From assembly GCA_964610885.1 (NCBI GenBank), contig CAZSWR010000004.1, forward strand, positions 16,200 through 80,199: a stretch of DNA of 64,000 nt, read 5' to 3'. Under the pieces are notes generated by a model. That model did not search any database. It was not told the DNA's origin and worked only from the letters and a program-made list of their open reading frames with translations. Below are positions 26,628-35,600 of this stretch, piece after piece (the stretch's first letter is position 1; each line of letters opens with the position of its first letter). The position numbers and the translations under genes are program-made. This stretch comes from an uncultured Hyphomicrobiales bacterium. GTDB taxonomy: Bacteria; Bacteroidota; Ignavibacteria; Kapaibacteriales; UBA2268.

Positions 26628-29021
26628 ATGTACTACAAAAAACTTCTTTCACGCATCGCTATCGCGGCCGCAATTGCCTCGCCCGCCCTGGCGAAGCAAC
26701 CCACGCAAATCGACACAAACCGTGTCGTCGTGGCTCCCAGCATCAACGTTACCACGAACCGCGCAACGCAAGGCATCTCCCCTGTCCCCTTCTCGGACAT
26801 GAACGCGCAGGAGATTAAATTCAACTACACAGTGCAGGACGTCCCCGCGCTAATTTCGGAAATGCCGTCCGTGGTGTTCTATTCGCAAAATGGCAACAAT
26901 ACCGGATACTCGAACCTGACACTGCGCGGCTTCGACCAGCGCCGCATCGCCGTGATGATCAACGGTATCCCGCAAAACGACCCCGAAGACCACAACGTCT
27001 ATTGGGTGGACTTCCCGGACATCACGTCCAGCTTGGACAATATCCAGGTGCAGCGCGGAGCCGGCATGGCCAACTATGGCTCGGCAGCGATTGGCGGCAG
27101 CGTGAACCTGACCACCTCGAACTTCGTCAACAAGCGCGGGTTCACCGCCATGACCGGCGTCGGAGTCCAGGAATTCGGGTACTCGGATCTCATGCAAGCC
27201 ACCACCGGCAAATTCTCGCTCGAGGCGTCCAGCGGCCTGATTAACGACCACGCTTTCTATGGCCGCCTCTCCAAGATCACGACCAACGGCTACAGAGACC
27301 GCTCCGGCAGCACTCTGTACAGCTTCTTCCTCAGCGCTGTCCGATTCGACAAGAACTTCTCCACGCAGATCAACGTCTTCGGCGGCCCGATCACCGATGA
27401 ATTGTGCTACACCGGCCTGCCGAAGTCATACATCGGCTCCACCGAACTCCGCCGCAAGAATCTGTCGTACTTCGCATACGATTCGACCGGCAAGAACGTC
27501 GTTTGGCCGAGCGAGCGCAGGCCACAGGAAAAGGAAGGCTTCTACCAACCGCACTACGAAATATTGAACAACTGGCAAATCTCCGACAATTTGGAGCTGA
27601 AAAGCGCCCTGTTCTATTACTCCGGCGAAGGTTATTACGACAACGACATTTCTTGGCTGTCGGCAAAATTCCTATTCACTAAAGAATTCGGCTGGGACTC
27701 GCCGCAAGGCCCAGTGAACGGCATTTACCGCGCAACAGTCGAGAACAGCCACGGCGGATGGATTCCCCGGCTTATTTGGAAAAACTTGGCAGGAGAAACC
27801 GTCATCGGTGCCGAAATCCGCTCGCACCGGTCGAAGCACTATGGCCAGCTGACCTATTCGGAGAATTATCCAGCCGGTTACGATCCCGATTTCAAGATTT
27901 ATTACTACGAAGGCGGGAAAGACGTGCTGTCGGGATTCCTGCGCCATCGCGCCGAATTCGGAAAATTGGCTCTGAGCGCAGAAGCGCAATTGGTCAACAA
28001 TACGTACCTGATCCAAAACGAGAAACATGGCACTCAATACACGAAATATGCCGTTGGGATTGGAGATTCCGTGGGCAATGGCGGCAAAATCTTCAGCTAC
28101 GATTACTTTTTCTTCAACCCGCGGCTCGGCGCCACCTACAAATTGGACGACAAAACCACGGTTTACTCCCAGATCGCCTACACGTCTCGCGAACCGAGGC
28201 TGCGCCAGCTCTATGCCGCCGAGGATGCCATCTTTGGAATGAAAGATACCTGCACGGCCATGCCTTCGTTTGAATACAAAAATGGCGTGAAGGGCATTTA
28301 CGACTTCTCGAAACCGCTACTGAAACCCGAGAAAATGCTCAATTTTGAATTGGGCGCGAACTATACGGATTCACGTTTCCAATTTGGCGTCAATGCCTAC
28401 TATATGGATTACCGCGACGAACTCGTTAAAAGCGGAATGGTGGACTACTACGGCAATCCAATCGAAGGCAACGCTCCGAAATCGCTGCACGCCGGCGTGG
28501 AATTGCAAGGCTCGGCAAATATTTACACGAAAGGCACGACCAGCGTTTTCTTCGCCGCGAACGCCACTATCTCGCACAATAGAATAGTTGATTACAAATA
28601 CCAGCTGGGCGATGGCGTTGTGGTTTCCTTGGACGACAACCCTGTCGCAGGCTTCCCCGACTTCATGGCGAACCTGAGGCTAACGGCGAACTTCGACCAA
28701 CTCCGCGTTTCGCTCTTCGGCAAATACACAGGCGAGAGCCGCACAGACAATTTCGGAGACATGCTCACGAACAACCAAACGCTTAAATCATTCTTGATCG
28801 CCAACGACAATTACTATGCCGACAACAAATTGGACGCCGCTTTCGTAATGAATGCCGATGTTTCGTACACACTCACGAACGCATTCACCTTCGAGCGCAT
28901 CCGTTTCTTCGCCCAAGCGAATAACATCTTCAACAAGCTCTACGCAGCCGGCGGCGAGGGCAAGGAGTTCTTCGTGGCCGCCGAACGAAACTACTTCTTC
29001 GGCATCGAGGTAGGATTCTGA
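26628..29021 (+). CDS. TonB-dependent outer-membrane receptor (predicted thiamine-related uptake, riboswitch-controlled)
   Basis: The start is set at ATG 26628 (MYYKKLLSRIAIAAAIASPALA signal). The plug domain includes NLTLRGFDQRRIAVMINGIPQND ... IQVQRGAGMANYGSAAIGGSVNL. A long beta-barrel ends in the aromatic C-terminus FFGIEVGF. Confidence 0.9.
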   Translation: MYYKKLLSRIAIAAAIASPALAKQPTQIDTNRVVVAPSINVTTNRATQGISPVPFSDMNAQEIKFNYTVQDVPALISEMPSVVFYSQNGNNTGYSNLTLRGFDQRRIAVMINGIPQNDPEDHNVYWVDFPDITSSLDNIQVQRGAGMANYGSAAIGGSVNLTTSNFVNKRGFTAMTGVGVQEFGYSDLMQATTGKFSLEASSGLINDHAFYGRLSKITTNGYRDRSGSTLYSFFLSAVRFDKNFSTQINVFGGPITDELCYTGLPKSYIGSTELRRKNLSYFAYDSTGKNVVWPSERRPQEKEGFYQPHYEILNNWQISDNLELKSALFYYSGEGYYDNDISWLSAKFLFTKEFGWDSPQGPVNGIYRATVENSHGGWIPRLIWKNLAGETVIGAEIRSHRSKHYGQLTYSENYPAGYDPDFKIYYYEGGKDVLSGFLRHRAEFGKLALSAEAQLVNNTYLIQNEKHGTQYTKYAVGIGDSVGNGGKIFSYDYFFFNPRLGATYKLDDKTTVYSQIAYTSREPRLRQLYAAEDAIFGMKDTCTAMPSFEYKNGVKGIYDFSKPLLKPEKMLNFELGANYTDSRFQFGVNAYYMDYRDELVKSGMVDYYGNPIEGNAPKSLHAGVELQGSANIYTKGTTSVFFAANATISHNRIVDYKYQLGDGVVVSLDDNPVAGFPDFMANLRLTANFDQLRVSLFGKYTGESRTDNFGDMLTNNQTLKSFLIANDNYYADNKLDAAFVMNADVSYTLTNAFTFERIRFFAQANNIFNKLYAAGGEGKEFFVAAERNYFFGIEVGF

Positions 29022-29038
29022 GTTTTTCTAAAGAACAA

Positions 29039-29077
29039 CATCCTCGCCCAAACACAACTAATGGGTTTGGCGAGGAT
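29039..29077. terminator. Hairpin between convergent genes (TBDR and the TonB_C gene)
   Basis: CATCCTCGCCCAAAC ... GTTTGGCGAGGATG forms a stem of about 13 bp with one bulge. It is positioned to serve both convergent transcripts, and the U-tracts are weak. Confidence 0.55.
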
Positions 29078-29171
29078 GATAATTATCGCAACTTGCAATC
29101 CGTGAAGCCCCAAAAGACATAAAAAAACTAATGGTTGGAACCTGGCTAATTATCCCCACAAAGGATTATTA

Positions 29172-30497
29172 TCATTCCGCCCCAAATCGAATAGTAATTT
29201 TCGACGAACTGTCAATCGGTTTGCCATCTTTGTAGGCAGGCCTGAACAGATACTTCTTCGAGGTTTCAAGTGCGATCTGGTTCAGTTTATCTTCGCTGCT
29301 TTTCAGCACTTTGGCAGTTTGTACGTTTCCTTTGGAATCCACAGATACTTCCACCACGACGATACCTTCGGTGCCTTTCAGGCTTTCAGGTTTCTGTGGT
29401 TTTGCGGCCTTCAGCACTTGCGGATTCGCGTTTTCGATATAGAATTCACAATCTGATTTGTTGCCATTCGCGGATGGAGCCATCTCGCTCCGTGCCGATT
29501 CGTTCGATCGCGTCTGCCCGGGCGAAATCGCGTTGACTGTGGAATTCTCCTTGGTGGAGCAATCTGAGTTATCTTTTGACTTTGCGCTACTCGCTTCAAA
29601 CGGAACGGACGAATTCGACGTTGGGCATTCTTTATTTTCTGTGGTATTATTCGCGACTGTTTCCTCGGCGGTTTTGTTGCCCTTCAGCGCGGCAAAAACG
29701 GCAATCACCGCCACCAATACGACTACAGCAGCAATTGCAACAAAGCTTTTTGATGTTTTCCTTTTGATATCTCTTTCGGTTTCTTTCTCGCGGAATTCCA
29801 GCAGTATCATTCCATCGGAACCCGAAGCTCCGGGGAGCTGTTTCCTCAACTTCTCATGCTTCTTTTCGGTCGGGACCAAGATACTTTGCATCGACAAATT
29901 CTCTGGAAAATCGCTTGGAATTTCCGGAGAATTGGTAATGATAATCCGTGTGTTTGAAAGAACAGTAAACATGAGGAATTTTCTGACTCCTAAGCTCTTG
30001 TCCTCGGAATTGTCCACGGTCGGTGCATCGGCGCGAGAGAGGAAATGATAGAGATGTTCGTAAATCGCCCCTTTTCGCGTCTGAATGTCCACGAATACTT
30101 CGTCGGAATGGAACAGATAGCATTTATCGTCAATCTTCCAGACAGCGGCAAATGTATCGCTCGGAAGGCATTCAACTTTCTGCAACAGTTTTTCAAAGAA
30201 TTCATCGCTATCTTTATCAATTCTGTCGCCCTTGTGTTTAGCGGATTCCTCGAAGAATTGCATCGCTCGGCGAGCCGCCGGCTCAATCGATTCGCTACAA
30301 AACATGGCCAGCTCGCCGAATTTGCCCTCGACAACCATTCCAATTGGTTCGTTACCGGATCTCTTCATCGAGGATACGAAGGCCAACCCATCAGGGCAAT
30401 CATGATGGACACTTGCCATTTTCACAGTTTTTGACAGGTTGGTCGGGTCTGAACCCGCCAAATCAATAGCCTTCGATATTTTTTTCTTCACGCTCAT
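29172..30497 (-). CDS. TonB C-terminal-domain protein with a large N-terminal cytoplasmic domain
   Basis: 441 aa with no signal peptide. A ~240-aa soluble N-domain is followed by one TM (FVAIAAVVVLVAVIAVFAAL) and a Ser/Asn/Thr-rich linker. The C-terminal TonB_C-like fold reads GIVVVEVSVDSKGNVQTAKVLKSSEDKLNQIALETSKKYLFRPAYKDGKPI. Confidence 0.75.
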   Translation of the reverse strand: MSVKKKISKAIDLAGSDPTNLSKTVKMASVHHDCPDGLAFVSSMKRSGNEPIGMVVEGKFGELAMFCSESIEPAARRAMQFFEESAKHKGDRIDKDSDEFFEKLLQKVECLPSDTFAAVWKIDDKCYLFHSDEVFVDIQTRKGAIYEHLYHFLSRADAPTVDNSEDKSLGVRKFLMFTVLSNTRIIITNSPEIPSDFPENLSMQSILVPTEKKHEKLRKQLPGASGSDGMILLEFREKETERDIKRKTSKSFVAIAAVVVLVAVIAVFAALKGNKTAEETVANNTTENKECPTSNSSVPFEASSAKSKDNSDCSTKENSTVNAISPGQTRSNESARSEMAPSANGNKSDCEFYIENANPQVLKAAKPQKPESLKGTEGIVVVEVSVDSKGNVQTAKVLKSSEDKLNQIALETSKKYLFRPAYKDGKPIDSSSKITIRFGAE

Positions 30498-30512
30498 ATT
30501 CTGTTCGTTTCC

Positions 30513-32639
30513 TTATTTAATTGGAGTTTCCACAATTATATCGACAGTTCGGCAATAGAAACGGCCTTCGGGTATGTTGTTGTCGTATAATTCTTTCGAG
30601 CTGCCGACGCCAAGGGCTGACGAGTTTGCATGGTTTAGTGCTTTTTTCGCAGACATTGCCCTGTTCTGGCTGAGCTTTTGGTTGTGTTGTGCGTCTCCGG
30701 TTCTGTCGGTGTAGCCCGTGATCGTCATTTTAGAGTCTTTTTGCAATCTTTTTTTGATATGTTCCACGATTTTCTTGTTCCCAGCCTCGATTTCGTATTT
30801 ATTGAAATCGAAAAGAATCAGATTGTACCTGTCGATCTCCACATCGTTCTTTCTCTCTCTTCTTTTTTTGCTGACAGAGAGATATTCCACTGGCAGAAAT
30901 GTTGTAATGGATTTCGCCTGGAGTTGCTTGTCCTGGATTGTAAGCTCAACGTCAATTCTTTCGTCCAAGCTCGGAATTGTGATCTGGTTTTCGTTAAATT
31001 TCCAATCCACTGAGGTAGGCAAATTGGCAGATCCGGCCTGGGAGAAATTCGCTGACGAAAGGCCTTTCTGTTTCGCCTCGATGGTCCACGCCTTAAGCCC
31101 GGCATCTGCATTGGCTTTCGGATAGAATCGGGCAATGGGTGGATTTGCTTTCCTCAGCGTGTCCGAAAGGAAAACCGGTGCGAGAATTTCATATTCTTCG
31201 CTGTATAGCTCCACTCGCCTATTCTCTGCAATTTTGTCCTGCTCGGCTATCGGTGTCGATGCCTTTTCAGGTAGGTTACGTTTCTCCAGTTGCAACCTTG
31301 AGTCATCGATTTGCCAGACATCCGCGAGGTACTTCTTCACTTTCTCGGCTCTCCTCATCGACAATTCTGTGTTGTCTTCCTCGACAGCGATTCCGCTGTT
31401 GCAACCCGTAATTCGCAGTATTGCCGCCGGATGTTCGGTCATGCGGCGCCCCACGATATTCAAAATATGGTAATAAGTCTCCAACGTACTCGATTTCGAC
31501 AGGGATTTTATTTCAAAATTTTTAGCATCGCCGGGCGCCAAGGCAGTATATTTGGTTTGAATCTTGTCAGCATTATCCTCGAAAAAGACGTATGGCAGCA
31601 ATGGTTGCGTCCGGCTCGATATGAACTCCTCGACGAATATTTTCGCGGATTCGGTTTCTTGGCCCAAGCTATCGACGCCGAAAGCATCGATCCTGCCGGA
31701 AAGTGAGTACTTCTTTGCCGAAAAGACTGTGTCGGTGCGGTACGTGTACAGATACTCGGTTTCGACGTTGTCCTGAAGTTTTGTTTCCGATTTGTTGGTT
31801 GGCGCGCCCATGGCAAACCTTGCAATCGGCTCCGAGTTTTCTTTGTAAATAGTATCAATTTTGAAAATATTCTCTTTCCTTTTAATCAAATCCGAAGGCT
31901 CGTACGTCAGCGCCAAACCCAAACGGAGAGTATTAATATTCCATGATACGTCCGAGACCATCGAATTGAAATCGTAATAATAGGTCACTGTGGGCGAGAA
32001 ATAAAGGCTCTTTGCCCTATTCAGAGGCAATCCATAGCTCAAACCAATGATGCCGTATGCATTGAAGAAAGATGAATTGGGGATATCCCCCTCGCTGACG
32101 TTTCTCGTCCGGCCGATCGGATTGTTATTCTGATCGACAAAAGAGCCGTCAGGCCCGAGCAGTCTTTCCTTTTGATCGTAAGTGCTGGACACCTTGAAGG
32201 CCAGCCTCATTCCGAAATTGAGTTTCAAATTCTCGTATGGTTCGTAATAAACCATCGGATCGATGCCTACCTTCGTAAATGTCCCATTCAGGACGTGTTC
32301 GAAGGTGCTGTTGGTAACTGTATTGTTTATTATCACAACAGTCGGTTCTTCGCTCTTCATTTCGCCTGATTGGGTCATAAGGCTGGCGCGAAGCACCAAT
32401 CCGAACTGGCTGCTCATCGGCTTCGTGAGGAATCCGCCAATCGTTAGGCCGTTGCCCGATCCGTCGGTGAACTTCGGGCAACAGTTCGGGATGCCTTGGA
32501 GTTTGCTAAAGTCGGCATTGGTTTGGTCGAATCCATACTCGCCGAAAAGTCCATAAGCAATTCGGGAGTTGTGAGTGTTTTGTGAAAATGCTCCAAGTGT
32601 ACTAAAAAGCATCAAAATAGCGCAAATTGAATATTTCAT
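30513..32639 (-). CDS. OmpA-family outer-membrane protein (N-terminal beta-barrel-like half plus two OmpA_C peptidoglycan-binding modules)
   Basis: 708 aa with the signal peptide MKYSICAILMLFSTLGAFSQ. OmpA_C-like module 1 reads ITGCNSG...LSMRRAEKVKKYL...NRRVELY. Module 2 reads ITGYTDRTGDAQHNQKLSQNRAMSAKKAL. Confidence 0.8.
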   Translation of the reverse strand: MKYSICAILMLFSTLGAFSQNTHNSRIAYGLFGEYGFDQTNADFSKLQGIPNCCPKFTDGSGNGLTIGGFLTKPMSSQFGLVLRASLMTQSGEMKSEEPTVVIINNTVTNSTFEHVLNGTFTKVGIDPMVYYEPYENLKLNFGMRLAFKVSSTYDQKERLLGPDGSFVDQNNNPIGRTRNVSEGDIPNSSFFNAYGIIGLSYGLPLNRAKSLYFSPTVTYYYDFNSMVSDVSWNINTLRLGLALTYEPSDLIKRKENIFKIDTIYKENSEPIARFAMGAPTNKSETKLQDNVETEYLYTYRTDTVFSAKKYSLSGRIDAFGVDSLGQETESAKIFVEEFISSRTQPLLPYVFFEDNADKIQTKYTALAPGDAKNFEIKSLSKSSTLETYYHILNIVGRRMTEHPAAILRITGCNSGIAVEEDNTELSMRRAEKVKKYLADVWQIDDSRLQLEKRNLPEKASTPIAEQDKIAENRRVELYSEEYEILAPVFLSDTLRKANPPIARFYPKANADAGLKAWTIEAKQKGLSSANFSQAGSANLPTSVDWKFNENQITIPSLDERIDVELTIQDKQLQAKSITTFLPVEYLSVSKKRRERKNDVEIDRYNLILFDFNKYEIEAGNKKIVEHIKKRLQKDSKMTITGYTDRTGDAQHNQKLSQNRAMSAKKALNHANSSALGVGSSKELYDNNIPEGRFYCRTVDIIVETPIK

Positions 32640-32654
32640 TGAATTTTTCCTCTA

Positions 32655-35600
32655 TTATTTAATTACTCCAATACGCACACTGCTCACGACGCTTTCCGTC
32701 TTGAACGTACCAAAATACAAGCCCTGAGGGACGTCGCTAAGATCGATCGTGAGCACTCCGTTTTGCACTTTCTCCAATCGGGCAGACTTCACAGTATTGC
32801 CCAACACATCGGTAAGATTGAATTCGGCTTTCCCTTCGTCGGCGTTCGAGTATTCAATTGTAATCGTCTCGCCGGCCGGATTGGGCGTAACGCTGCGCAT
32901 CGCAGAGTGTAACGAACCGTTGACAAACCTCGGGCCGCCCTCCTTGCAAATATCTGCTATGCTCACCCTGCCGTCCTCCACTCCGATCGTGGCCACGGCG
33001 CCAACGGATGAATAATTGGAAAGCACCAAACTCGTGAATTCAGCATTACCAAGCGCAACTACGAACCGAACGTTGGTTAGCGTTTCGCCGGCAGTGCCAG
33101 TGGTGGAAACGGAAGTCAACGTTATCGTTTTAGTACCATTGTTTTCCACTTCGTTCGGGAAATCAAGTGCCTTGAGTATGGTCGAATTATACGAAAGGTC
33201 GAATGTGAATCCGGTTACTCCCGATGCAGACAAATAGTTTTGTTGGCTTAGGATTATCGGTATCCGCACGGTATCGCCCACGAAGGCAGTAGCCGTATCG
33301 GCGCGTAGCGTGGCCGAACATCCAGGCTGGTCCACAATGTTAATCAAACCATTCACTAACGTGATGGCGGCCGCTCCGCCGATTGGCAAAACATTGCGGA
33401 CAGTCAGAACCGTTAGAGTGCCGGGCGCACCGATTGCCCTAAAACTGACATTGGCCAAGACCTCACCGGCGGCTCCATTTGTTGCAATATTATCAAATCG
33501 CAAGTAGCGTAAATTACCCGTTTCCGGATAACTCGTCATGGCGACAGGTTCGGCAACCGATGCGTCGTACAATAATTCAAAGCTGAAAGCTGTTACGCCG
33601 GCAATGCCTAAATCCGAAGCAGCTTGCAATACAATTGGGACTGAAGCAGTCACTCCGGACGCTACCGATACCGAACCAGCCGAGATCGTGGCCGTTCCTG
33701 CCGGTTGCAGCGAGTTAATGCCCTCGCCGTAGAGCCTGACAATCGCCGGGGAGTTCGTTCCGATATAATTAAAATGCAGCGTGCCGGTTGTCCTGCCGAG
33801 TCCGGACGGCAAGAATTTCAAAGTCATCTTGGCCGTGTCGCCGGCGGGTATCGTCATGGAAGGAATAGTTTGAACTGTTGTGAAATCGCTGGCGTTGGGG
33901 CCTTCGTGCGCGATCGAAGTAATCGTTACCGGATTCGGGCTGACGTTTCTAATCGTGAAAGCATTCGCAGTATCCCGAAAATCGCCAAGCTCGACCTGCC
34001 CGAAATCAATTGTCGAACTGATCACTTCGATTTCTCTGGATACTCCATCGCCCGTTATAGTTTGCTTCAATGTGGAATCCGGCGAATAAATATTAATCGT
34101 CGCGGTTTGCACTCCGAGCGCGGCGGGATGGAATCTGAACTCAACCGCGCGAGTCCCTCCGGGTTTGAGTTCAAACGGGGCATTGCCAGACGTGATCGAG
34201 AACGGATTCGTTCCGGCAGCGGTGAAGCTTATCGAATCAATTCTTGTTTTGCTCGTGCCGGTGTTCGTAATGAATGCAGAAACAGTAGAGTCCTTAAATG
34301 TGCTAACGTAAACCTTTCCCATATTGATATCTTTGCTGACGAGAGTGGGCATAATTATCGCGAAAACATTGTCCGAGACGTCCGACTGGAGTTGCACCGG
34401 TGGTTCCAATTTTGCGATCCAGAAATCGCGGCCGCCCCTGTTATTGGAGAAATCGCCATCATTAGACGTAGCAAAACCGGCAATAGCAAAAGAAGCGTCG
34501 TCGTTTTTGATAATGCTCATAGCGCATTCATTTCCGCCGCTGCCGCCGATTGTTTTCTGCCAAACCATGGAGCCGTCTGCGCTTTTCAGCTTCGCAATCC
34601 ACCAATCACTCAGGCCATGGTTGCCGGTTACGTCCCCATCGACCGAATAAGAATAGCCGGCAACGCAAAGAGTGCCATCGCTTTCTTCGACTATCGAAGT
34701 GGCGTTGTCCCTATCGGAGCCGCCAAGAGTTTTCTCCCAAATAAGTGCGCCATCGGTAGATTGTACCTTTAGAATCCAATAATCATTTTGGCCATGGTTG
34801 CCGGTTACGTCCCCATCTGACGAAGCTGAATAGCCGGAAACAATATAATTGCCATCGTTGCTCTCGATAATGGAATTCGCAGTTTCGTTGCCGCTGCCGC
34901 CGTATGACTTCTTCCATACAATCCTGCCATCGGCCGGGTCGAGCTTGGCGATCCAATAATCATAGCCGCCTTTGTTCGCCAAGACATCTCCATCGGCCGA
35001 AGCCGAGGAGCCGGCCACGACGTAGTATCCGTCCTTGCTCTCCATTACCGAATAGGCATAGTCGCTACCGGTGCCGCCCAAGCATTTCGACCAAATAATA
35101 TCACCGTTCGTAGCGTTGAGTTTGGCCACCCAGTAATCGATGCCGCCTTTGTTCCCGCTAACGTTTCCATCGGTCGAATTTGTCCATCCCGATACGATAT
35201 AAGAGTTGTCTTTTCCTTCGGTGATCGAATAAACAGCATCGTCGCCGCTGCCGCCCAGATTTTTCTGCCAAATCATTCCCCCATCGGCATCGAGCTTCAC
35301 GACCCAGCAATCCGTTTTGCCCCAAGACGACGTTATCTGCCCATCTTTCGAGTCGCTTTCGCCAGCGACGACTATTGACCCGTCATCGCATTCGATTATG
35401 GAACGGGCAATGTCGTTTCCGCTGCCGCCGAGCCATTGTTGCCAAATCCTTCCACCATCAGTGGGACTTAGCCTCATCACCCAAAAATCACTTTTCCCTC
35501 TCTTCACCAATACGTCTCCGTCTTGGGAATCTGTGGAACCTGCCACGATGTACGAACCGTCGGCACATTTTGCAATGGACTCCAGATAATCCTCGCCGCT

